Assembly: GCF_052425735.1 (NCBI RefSeq)
Contig: NC_135759.1
Coordinates: 41,664,001-41,728,000 of the forward strand
Direction of reading: 5' to 3'
Source of the DNA: Oculina patagonica
Taxonomy: Eukaryota
Length of the DNA stretch: 64,000 bases
This document shows positions 48,401 through 60,400 of this stretch, in pieces (position 1 is the first letter of the stretch; every line of letters starts with the position of its first letter). The notes under the pieces were generated by a model. It saw nothing but the letters and a program-made list of their open reading frames with translations, was not told the DNA's origin and did no database searches. A program made the position numbers and the translations under genes.

Positions 48401-51400
48401 CCAATTGCCCAGCCCAACAATACGTACAACCTCAAGAAGCTGCTGATCATCTTCCGGGGTCCACTTGCTAGTAGAAGAGCAAAAAACAATTAATTTAACA
48501 GATTCATGGACAAAGCAGTTACCAAAGACATTTTTTGATGAAAACAGCCAGTCTGTTCACAGAGCCTTTATTTTCTCAAGCTCTTTTCTCTTTCTCAACA
48601 AAAGCAGGTGAGTAAACTATGAACTTACTGGCCCATTTTGCCCTATAAGAAAAATTGTATCCTTTGTGCCAGATTATACTCAACAATTATTCCACAAGCG
48701 CACGTTGGATATCAGATGGTAGTAAGGCAAGGATTGTTTTATTAAAAGCATCCAAAGATTTGGAATATTTGAGCTCCCCAGCTGTTTTCGATGACGCGTA
48801 TTGGCTACCGTATTTGTGTTTAATGGTAAGATAAGATAATGGTATATGAGCTCATATACCATTGCCTGTTAACCAATTAAAACGCAGGAATTACAATATT
48901 CCATTGGTAGTTTTTAATAACCTCTATTAACCAAACATGTTTAGTCAAGAAGGCTAGATATTGACCTCCTTATTTCACATCAAAAAAGAACATGAAAATA
49001 TCTACTCATCTCAACCTAATGTTGGCCAATAACCATGTACCCTGTCACAAGCTTTACACATCTGAAGATCATCCCAGGGAATGGTTTTTGCCACCTCACC
49101 TCTTAAGTAGATTCTTGTTAAGGCTTCTCTGGTATCGTTCATAACAGTGAATAGGTGTGCGCTTGGTCTGAGGAGGCAGATACAAAGTTATTTTTTATGA
49201 TTGATGCTGATAGTGAAGAGTACCATATTTATTCGATTAAGTGCCCTGGGCGCTTATTAAATTTTTGGACCTTGAGGGTGGGCGCTTATTCGAGGCTGGG
49301 CGCTTATTAAATTTTTGGACCTTGAGGGTGGGCGCTTATTCGAGGCTGGGCGCTTATTAAATTTTTGGACCTTGAAGGTGGGTGCTTATTAAATTTTTGG
49401 ACCTTGAGGGTGGGCGCTTATTCAAGGCTGGGCGCTTATTAAATTTTCACCATTTTTAGCAAGTAGCTAGTGGGTTTTTTTTGCAAGAAAACAATGTAAT
49501 TAATAACTAAACTTAAAGGTGTACGAAAGCTGAATTTTAAGTGTTCATTGAAAGTTTAAGTAAAAAAACTAAAAAAACTTGATCTTCGGGATAGTCTCTT
49601 AGTAGTACTTAGTCAACTTTGATCTCTACTTCAACAATAATCAAATTTCATTTTGTGCTCTCATTTTAGGCGGGTGGGTGAGGGCGCTTATTCGAGGCTG
49701 GGGGCTTAATCGAATAAATAGGGTATGCAATGAACAGTCACTATATGTTGCCTCTGATCATCCATTGTAACAAAAATCTCGATGATTTGGTAAGTGCAGA
49801 ATGCAATATGGAACAATTGAAAGTATGATGTTTTATATATGTTCGTGTTTATTTGCTTTATTTTACTTTCGGAAAAACTGTTCACAGGCTACTTTCAAGT
49901 GGCGCCCGTTTTATGAGGTCTAAATAGGCGTAGAAATTTCTGTAGAGCTGTACGCTTCTACACATTCCATGATTCCTAATCCATAAGTGGGTAGCTTTGG
50001 AAATCATGCGAGTTTAAAATAAGAGTTAAAAATGAAACATAGAGCCGTTGAAGCGTAGATTTTAAAATGAGAATGTAGAGCTGTACAAGCGTAGAGTTTA
50101 GAATGAAAACGTAGAGCCGTAGAAGCGTAGAGTTTAGAATAAAAACGTAGAGCCGTAGAACCGTAGAGTTTAGAATGAACTGAAAACGTAGAGCCGTAGA
50201 AGGGTAGAGTTAAGTACATAGCGTATAGTACACTTCTACAAGCCTACTTCTGTACGTCAGTGTTTATTCTAAACTCTACGCTTCTACGACTCTTGAAAGC
50301 ATAGAGCTGTAGAAGCGTAGAGTATAAAGTACACAGCGTAAAGGACACTTAAACAAACCTGCGTGTTCATTTTAAACTATACGCTTCTACGGCTATACGT
50401 TTTCTAAACGGTACGCTTATTATTCTCTACCGTACCCAAATTCGCAAGTAGCCAATCAGAAGCGCGATCTACTGTCCTGGTATCCTACGATATCAAGTCA
50501 CTGACCTGATATGCCACCATATCACGGTCACTTTGAAGTTAAGTAGTGTTACTGTACGATGAATTGAAAAGAGGTTTTTACCAATAAAACAGAACTTCGT
50601 AATTTAAATTTAGCGGTCGTGAAAAGAGAAAAACTTTCCCGCCAAAACTAAACTTGAGCGCGCTCGCCAATTTGCACGATGTTTGCCAACGACTACTGAG
50701 ACATTCAGACTGAAAAAAATGGAGTCGGAATTTCCACATTCTTTGCTTAATTTTGATTTGGAAAATTAAGAGAATAAAACTCTAAACAAACGAGTGGAAA
50801 AAAAGGCAGAAGAAGAACTTGGTAAAAGTGTTGAAGACCAAGTCAACACAATTTGCAGTACGTACCTTGCAAGCATGGCTTCAACAAAGCGAAAAATATA
50901 ACCGGATTTTTGGCTGAATTTGGGTACGGTAAATACCTAATCGTACCTTTTTGGTACGCTTCGGCTGCATATCAGGCTCGTTTGGTCTCGCCTGATATGC
51001 TACCGAAGCGTACCAAAAAGGTACGATTAGGTATAAAAACTGTACGCCTAAGGTCCTACGTTTTACTTCTTAATTGTACGCTTCTAAGGCTCTACGTTTT
51101 TAATCTTAAGTATATGCTTCTACTAGTCTACTTTTTTATTGTAAACGAAGCGTAGAGAAGCGTAGAGTTTAGAATGAAAACGTAGAGCTGTAGAACCGTA
51201 GAGTTTAGAATGAAAACGTAGAGCCGTAGAAGCGTAGAGTTTAGAATGAAAACGTAGAGCCATAGAAGTGAACAGTTTAGAATAAAAACGTTGAGCCGTA
51301 GAACTGTACAGTTTAGAATGAAAACGTAAAGCCGTAGAAGCGTAGAGTTTAGAATGAAAACGTAGAGCCGTAGAAGCGTACGGTTTAGAATGAAAGCGTA

Positions 51401-54400
51401 GAGCCGTAGAACTGTAGAGTTTAGAATGAAAACGTAGAGCCGTAGAACCGTAGAATTTAGAATGAAAACGTAAAGCCGTAGAAGAGTAGAGTTTAGAATG
51501 AAAACGTAGAGCCATAGAAGTGAACAGTTTAGAATAAAAACGTTGAGCCGTAGAACTGTGCAGTTTAGAATGAAAACGTAAAGCCGTAGAAGCGTAGAGT
51601 TTAGAGTGAAAACGTAGAGCCGTAGAAGCGTAGAGTTTACAATGAAAGCGTAGAGCCGTAGAACTGTAGAGTTTAGAATGAAAACGTAGAGCCGTAGAAC
51701 CGTAGAGTTTAGAATGAAAACGTAAAGCCGTAGAAGCGTAGAGTTTAGAATGAAAACGTAGAGCCATAGAGCCGTAGAGTTTGGAATGAAAACGTTAGGC
51801 TGTAGAACCGTAGAGTTTAGAATGAAAACGTTAGGCTGTAGAACCGTAGAGTTTAGAATGAAAACGTAGAGCCGTAGAGTTTAGAATGAAAACGTTAGGC
51901 TGTAGAAGCGTAGAGTTTAGAATGAAAACGTAGAGCCGTAGAAGCGTAGAGTTTAGAGTGAAAACGTAGAGCCGTAGAAGCGTAGAGTTTACAATGAAAG
52001 CGTAGAGCCGTAGAACTGTAGAGTTTAGAATGAAAACGTAGAGCCGTAGAACCGTAGAGTTTAGAATGAAAACGTAAAGCCGTAGAAGCGTAGAGTTTAG
52101 AATGAAAACGTAGAGCCATAGAGCCGTAGAGTTTGGAATGAAAACGTTAGGCTGTAGAACCGTAGAGTTTAGAATGAAAACGTTAGGCTGTAGAACCGTA
52201 GAGTTTAGAATGAAAACGTAGAGCCGTAGAGTTTAGAATGAAAACGTTAGGCTGTAGAAGCGTAGAGTTTAGAATGAAAACGTAGAGCCGTAGAAGCGTA
52301 GAGTTTAGAATGAAGACGTAGAGCCGTAGAAGCGTGGAGTTTAGAATGAAAACGTAGAGCCGTAGAAGTGCACAGTTGAGAATAAAAACGTTGAGCCGTA
52401 GAAGTGTACAGTTTAGAATGAAAACGTAAAGCCGTAGAAGCGTAGAGTTTAGAATGAAAACGTAGAGCCGTAGAAGCGTAGAGTTTAGAATGAAAACGTA
52501 GAGCCGTAGAGTTTAGAATGAAAACGTTAGGCTGTAGAAGCGTAGAGTTTAGAATGAAAACGTAGAGCCGTAGAGTTTAGAATGAAAACGTTAGGCTGTA
52601 GAACCGTAGAGTTTAGAATGAAAACGTAAAGCCGTAGAGTTTAGAATGAAAACGTTAGGCTGTAGAAGCGTAAAGTTTAGAATGAAAACGTAGAGCCGTA
52701 GAAGCGTAGAGTTTAGAATGAAGACGTAGAGCCGTAGAAGCGTGGAGTTTAGAATGAAAACGTAGAGCCGTAGAAGTGCACAGTTGAGAATAAAAACGTT
52801 GAGCCGTAGAAGTGTACTGTTTAGAATGAAAACGTAGAGCCGTTGGGCTGTAGAGTTTAGAATGAAAACGTAAAGTCGTAGAAGCGTAGAGTTTAGAATG
52901 AAAACGTAAAGCCGTAGAGCCGTAGAAGCGCACAGTTTAGAATGAAAACGTAGAGCCGTAGAAGCGTAAAGTTTAGAATGAAAACGTAGAGCCGTAGAAG
53001 CGTAGAGTTTAGAATGAAGACGTAGAGCCGTAGAAGCGTGGAGTTTAGAATGAAAACGTAGAGCCGTAGAAGTGCACAGTTGAGAATAAAAACGTTGAGC
53101 CGTAGAAGTGTACAGTTTAGAATGAAAACGTAGAGCCGTTGGGCTGTAGAGTTTAGAATGAAAACGTAAAGTCGTAGAAGCGTAGAGTTTAGAATGAAAA
53201 CGTAGAGCCGTAGAAGTGTAGAGTTTAGAAAGAAAACGTAGAGCCGTAGAACCGTAGAGTTTGAATGAAAACGTAGAGCTTTGAAGTGAAGAGTTTAGAA
53301 AGGAAACGTAAAGCATTGATAACGAAAAGTTTAGAATGAAAACGCCTGTACTAATCTACGGCTATACGAATTTTCAAGAGCTACTGTCTTATCTGTGAGA
53401 ACTGTACTAAGTAGAAGCGTAGAGCTCTACGAAAATCTCTACGCCTATTCGGACCTCATAAAACGTGCCGGGTATAGCTACTTTCCCAGGTGTTTCTTAC
53501 GCTAATCTTTGCAACCGTAACACGACACTTTTGTTCGTTTGTAACAAAATACTTTTGTCTTCCTTGAAAATGCGATAACATGAAACTTTTGTTTTTTGTT
53601 TGTTTTACGGCGGCATCGATGACATTTGTTTAATTTAATTAAGTTACGGTTTAGACTGCACGAAAGACGATTCTCAAAAACTAAAGAAACAAATCTAATC
53701 AAAAAACATATTTTTCGACAGGTTTTTTTAAAACGCAGTACAGCTAGGATATTTGTTTCCTGGTTATCAGGTGTTCACGCCGAAAATCCCGGTGCCAGTT
53801 TTTGCATACCTAATTACGAAAGCGCTGTGAAAGTCTCAAAATCTAATTAATTAATTTGCGGTTTTTACTTGGCGCCAAGAAGTCTGCAGCCTACCGCAAA
53901 CACGCAGTACAAGCGATGTTCATGATAGTTCCAGAAAACAACGTAGACTAATCTGCGCATGCGTTTGGTGTAAATTAAGTTGAGTAGTACCACAAGGGGA
54001 GCAAAGGTTTTACTGAAACAAGGGTGAGGGTGGGCGCTTATTCGAGGTGGGCGCTTATTCGAGGCTGAGCGCTTATTAAATTCTCTCCATTTTTAGCAAG
54101 TAGTACATTTATTTTGCAAGAAAACAATGTATAATAACTAAACGTGAAGATGTACCAAAGCTGAATTTTAACTGTTCATTGAAAGTTTCAGTAAAAAACT
54201 AAACAAACTCGGTCTTTGGGGTCGTCTTTTAGTAGTACGTAGTCAATTTCACTCTCAACTTCAATAATAATCAGTACTCCTCTTGTGCACTTCAGGGGGG
54301 GGGGGGGGGCGCGCTTATTCGAGGCTGGGCGCTTATTAACTTTTCCTACCTTCAGGGTGGGCGCTTATTCGAGGTGGGTGCTTATTTGAGGTTGGGCGCT

Positions 54401-57400
54401 TAATCGAATAAATACGGTATAAAAGTAACGTAGATGTGCTCCACGTTTTACTTGGGGGGTATGGTCAGGTGCTCCCACCCCAACCCCCTCCACAGGAATA
54501 ATTAATTAATTGATATTAATTAATTAATTGACTATTAAAGTTTACACGTTAGCGCACTAGCGGGTTAGCAGACGACAGCCCCAACAAACCATCACAATAG
54601 TGCATTCTGCACTAAAAACTAAGACATGCTGGAGATCACAAAAACTCATTCTAACTTGGTTCTTTTGGACAGAAAATTAATTTTTTACTATTTTTATTAC
54701 TATTTTTTTTTTCAATTTTACAGTAATAAATAAATAAATGCCATTAATGACATGATTTCTTTTGTTTTATAATTTTCCTGGTCCTCAGAGCCACGTTAGA
54801 ATTTTTGAATTCAAAACTACCGGTAACTTATTTATCCACTGGCAACTGGTACTAGTGAATGTGTATGGAATGATGAAATGCACAAGATAATTTTTTAAAA
54901 AAAATGATACAGTCATTATAATATGTATACTGAGTTAGAAAATACATAAATATTTCCTGTGACCACCTTCACAACAAGTATGCACCTCAATTATCAGTAG
55001 ATTGAATCTTGAGAAAGTGCAAGTCATGTGAGCCATGTTAGCCTAAAAACTGTAACAGTCCGGTGAGCCTACAGTAAAATTATTGGCTTAATTTAGCTTA
55101 AATAGTTTCAAAATAGTGTCAAACGGGTCAAAAGTGATTTTTTTAAGGGATTTCTGGCTTGTATGGCTCGCTTGATGGCTCACATGTAGCCTGTGCACAG
55201 CTGCTCACACTCCTCAAGAAACATTGGACTTGCCTGACTCGCTTGCTGGTTAGCTAAAACAGCACACCAGTTAGCAAAGATAGCTTGCAGTTTGCCTTAT
55301 AATACCGGCTGGGAATTCTTGCTAGCATGGCTCACTGACACTGACTTGTACTTTGTCAATACTACTGTCAACAGTAGATCTATACCTGAAGTTTTTGTGC
55401 GATAATATCCCAGGTATTTTGTGGTTCTTTGGCAAGTTTTATTAACATCTTGTCTTCTTCCTTAGTCCATGCTGTTCGGTTGACATCAGGGTGTCCAAAG
55501 TTACACCACTGCAGGCGGCATTGAAAACCTGAACGCTTGGGCACCTAATCAATTTAAAAGAGCAATACCTTAGTCCAAGTTATGTCTTAGTTACAAGTGT
55601 CCATCCTAAGAAACCCAGGGGTTGTTAGTCAGGGTGAGACAAAGAAAACTGGGTGGCTAGATCAACACAACAAACTTCAGGGCTGAAAATAACAGTTGGA
55701 TATCGGACACTGGCCGAGCACAGTTTGCCAGTGTCCGTTGAAATTCCAACTGTGGTTGGCAGGCTTTTAGCCAGGATTTAAAAAGTGGGAGTCCAAGATT
55801 TTTATAAGACCTGACTTTGTCCCCATAGGAGGGCCTGAGGAGTATGAAAGGTGTTTTTCTGCAGTTATGAGTGTGCAAAGGTATCTAAAGATTTCCAAAA
55901 TTTGCTAAAAAACACCTCTGTATACAGTTATTCATATCAATTTTCTCTGAAAAGTGGCCATCCATAGGACTCCTGGACTCCCACCTGGCTAAAATCCTGG
56001 TGGTCAGACAGAATGTCCAGACAATTTCTTTTTTTGCTTTCCAGTGCAAACACCAATGTTCTGCATTGATTACGCATTAGATTAGCAGGTATCCTAGCAT
56101 ATCGAGCAGTACTCAAAGTAAAATGATGTCCAACCTTAACTTTTGTTTTGTCTGATCATAATGGTGAATTAGTCGGATGCATGTCCTTTCAAGGGAAAAA
56201 AAAATATTTGCAGCCATGAACTTTTTTCTTATTTTGCTGCTGGGGTAACTTTCTCACCCAGACTAACTACTGCCTCTGGGTTCCCAAGGATGATTAATTT
56301 TTATGGTATGAAACATATTTGATAATAAATTATGCAGGTATGGTCACAAATGTACACAAATTGCACATTGATGAATGACGCATCAGCTCACATGCTGTCT
56401 TTAACTTTCTCCTTTGACCGACTAACCGACCAACTGATCAACCAGTCAAAAAAGTAAGAAGCAATGGAGCCAGTGTCTTTATTTAAAGAATTATGCCATT
56501 TGTTGAGCACTGTTCTTACAATCACTGTCTTATTTATAACTGAGTTTTCTATCAAGGTATAAGTATATTCTTTAATGACTTTCTCAAGAGCCTGCTTAAA
56601 TAATGGATGAGTGTTATCAAGTGATTTTACTTACATATGTACTGCTTACTCTGTCCCAGTCAATAGCCTCTAGGTCAAGTTCAAGTTTCTCTTTTGGTAG
56701 ATTTCTAAAAATTGAACACAAAAAGCACAAGGCATAATGAACTGTTGTGTCCTGCTGTATTTTGCTAAGGTTCTACAAGTCCTTTGCAAAGCTCAATTTA
56801 GGAGGGACCAATAACCAAAATAGTCTCAAAGACAAACTGTACACTATCTAATGGTGGAATCTTAATTTCTCAAACATCCAAAGGGTTCTACCCTTTTACA
56901 AAATTTTTGTTTTTTTTTTTTTACAGCGAAACAAACATTCATTTGAATTTACTTGAGAAATTCAGTGTTCAAGAAATCAGGGCTAAGATTGCAACATTTG
57001 ACTAAGTGAAGCAGTGTGAACACAAGACATGTCATCCATTGATGTTCTGCAAAAATAAATCATACAACATAATACCTGATCCTTGAACTTTCTGCTTTCA
57101 AATCTTCAAGTTCTTGTTGTTTACGCTCAGTTTTCACCTTCTTAAGCTCTAATTTTTGTATCCTGCAAAACAGAGCAGCAATGGAATAGTCTAAGAAACA
57201 GTGAGAGATGTTTTTACTTTTGTGAAGTTCTCTAGTGGAACATAACTTCTCAAACTCATTAATAATTCATCAGATTAACACAAAGAAAATCATTACGGTG
57301 ACGGTGGTTTGGATACCCGATCTTAATTACCGGTAGCACAGATTACGATTTTATTTCTCTGTTTACTCCTAGTTTTTGTTTCGATGAGAAGAAATCTACA

Positions 57401-60400
57401 CTCGAGACAGTATTTCATCGCTATCCAACACCTTGAATCGTCAAAATACTCCACTGCGCGCCGTATTTTCAACTCTCTTCTCGGTGTTTGGATATCTCGA
57501 TGAAACACTGTCTCTCGTGTTTGATATATTACATAAAGCTCATATTTTATGTTCTTGTGTTGGAGTTAAAACTAATAAATAATTATTTCCAAATACAATT
57601 CATCATAAGTATTTACTCAACATACCTCTGTAGAACTGGAAAGAGTTTGTTCTCCAAATTTTGCATTCTGACGCCCTCAGCTAACTTGTTTTTCTCTTTT
57701 TGTTTCCCTGCGAAGAAAAGAAAAAATAACACTACAAATAAATGACTCAATTGACAGATGTGTACACACTAAACAAGCTATTTATATAAATTATATGACA
57801 TTTTATATTAATACATGTTGTAAAACTAGAAAACCCACAGAAAAAATTCCTGACCTCTTCTATGTCCATTTACTTATTTACTCCTAAAGCAGCTACAACT
57901 GGACTTGAAGGAGCATGGCCCTTAATCTACCACTTGTGACATCCAGAGCTTTAAATAACTTCCGGTCAACAGACAATGTCCATGAATATGACAATTTGTC
58001 CGGACAAAGTTTGGGTTTGCCGTCATTTTGACCAGTCACACAAGGCTTTTAAAATAGTATTTTGATGAACATACTGATACCAATTTTATTTTAAGCAATT
58101 ATTACGTAGTTCTAAAAGAAAACAACATCAGAGATTTCAAATTTGTCTCAGTTATTGACTTGTCACTATCACATCTACATGGCATTAAGAAGCCATTTAT
58201 TCAAGACATGCAACAAAACAGTGAATAAATAGCAGGTCTTTTTCTACCATACAGAGAACAAAATTCAACGAACATCAAAAACAAGTGCAGATTAAAATAC
58301 TATTTTCATTTTTTGACCGGTCAGAAACGACACATGACTGAGCTTAAATCGGTTTGGCCGGTTAACATGACCAGCAACAGTACGAAAATTATTTTGAGCC
58401 CTGACATCATTACTCCTCATGCCAGAAGATATTTTAAAACTACACTGAAATACAACAGACATTTTGGAGTATGGTACTTGGTAAGAGTCTATTGGCGAAG
58501 AGAGCCATCTAGAAATTGGCATTTGTACTGTAAAGCCATTTGGGGAAATGTTACGAAACAGTGGGTTAAAATGTTGGGCCCCTGTTAGCAGCCAGAAATA
58601 TTCCCTTATGCTGCTAGCTTGCTATACCGGTAGTGAACATCTTCAGTGAATGGAACCTTTTCCTGCTTCTTGAGGGTGTCCAGTTACAGGAGCTGTAACT
58701 GTATAAGAAAGTGTTAACACAGTATATTTTTCGCATTAAGCCCGCCTCTCTTTTTTTTTTTTACTTCTTGGGCTGTCTTAGACAATGTTCAGTTTCCCAT
58801 GAAAGGTCAAAGAATAAATTTTTAAAATTTAAAAGCTCAATTATGCACTTACAGAATTTGGAAACCTGGTAACCTCCAACTTGACAACTTTGCCTCTTTA
58901 TCCTGGTATCATCATTATCTGGAGGTCCCTAGAAATGTGATTGATAAGATCAATAATATCAAGGGATGTTTTTCAAACTTACAACTTCAAGCAACATCAT
59001 GATATTAAGTTCTTTGGATGAAAATGTCATGCACTGCTAATGTCAAGTGTCTTCACTTCACTTGTCCCCTGGCGCCAAGTTGGCGCATAGAGCCTCAATG
59101 TCAAGTGTATATAGTTTCAATAAATAAAATGTCATATACAGAAAAGAATCACACACAAGAATGCACAGCTTACCACTGAACTTGTGTCTTTGAAATAAGG
59201 ATTAGCAAACTTGATCAATGTGTGAGGTTCAGGTTTCCTTTCATCTTTGTTTGCTCTCATCTGATGTAATCCATACTAAAATAATTCAATTCAAGAACAA
59301 AATAATTGAATTTTTTTACAGCTTTCACTCATCAATAAAAAAAGTTAGTAAAGTGGAACTAATTAAGGGAACCTTAAAACGAAATTGAGCCATGCTGCTA
59401 AAATGCATAATATTTTCTTACTATTTGATAATCAGCGTTTCAGATAAGAGAGAGGTCCCGGGTCAAAAACCCAACAATGTCAGTTTTCTGACACATCAAA
59501 TTAATAGTCTTAAGAAAACATCTGAAGATTTGGTGGGAGCAGTGGGGATTTGACCTGTTGGAATTCCTTGTTAACATCTTGCCTCTAAATTTTCGCTGTA
59601 ACCCTGATACTTTGGTTTTTAAAATATCCAGCAAACATCCCATTCACTTTAATTTGTACCCAAGAACCCCATCTGAACTATGTTTATCACCATCAGAGCT
59701 GACTATCAAAAGTTAACTAAAGGAACGTCGTATATTAAAGGAATGGGTAGCCATTTCATGTGTTTGTAACTTGAATAATAATATTGAGTGTATATACAAT
59801 ATTTTATTGCAAGCTGATTTCTATTCAGGATATTTTTCATCCTACATAGAGCCTCTGATTGTCAAGTTTATTAATACAGCATAAGCTGTATCCATTTTAG
59901 AAGTAATCAGAAAGCTTAGCATGCATTACAGAGTATTTGACTCATAGGTACAGTGTACAGGCTGGAACAGATATATTCCAGAGTAATTACCTGTTGTTCC
60001 CTGTTCTTTGCTAAAGCCAGTTCTATTCTTTCAAGTTCATCTAATATTGCCAACTGAAAAAAAAAGAGATATATCATGTTTCTAAGGTGATTGGAGTTTA
60101 AAAACATAAAAAAAGACATCAGATATGTTCTCTGAGACACTGATACATGGCTAACATGGTGATTTTATCAACAAGGTCCAGTCACTGTGATAAAATGTTA
60201 GCAACTAAACACACAAAGTGAATTTATAATGTTCAAGGTTTGAAAAAAGTCTGATGCAGTCATCCTGGGCAAGTAGATTTTCCTGTTGGGCAAGCAATAC
60301 CCGGTATATGTTTTATTTTTATATTTTTGTCATTTAGACATTTTTTATTCATTTTTCAACACATTTACAGAACATTTTTACAACACAAAGAGGAAAAAGA

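Noticed and set aside
51123-53316. Long ORFs with ALRFHSKLYAST repeats
   Set aside because: By-product of a 36-bp (in-frame) satellite; frames break at the 28-bp variants; intronic with no splice context.
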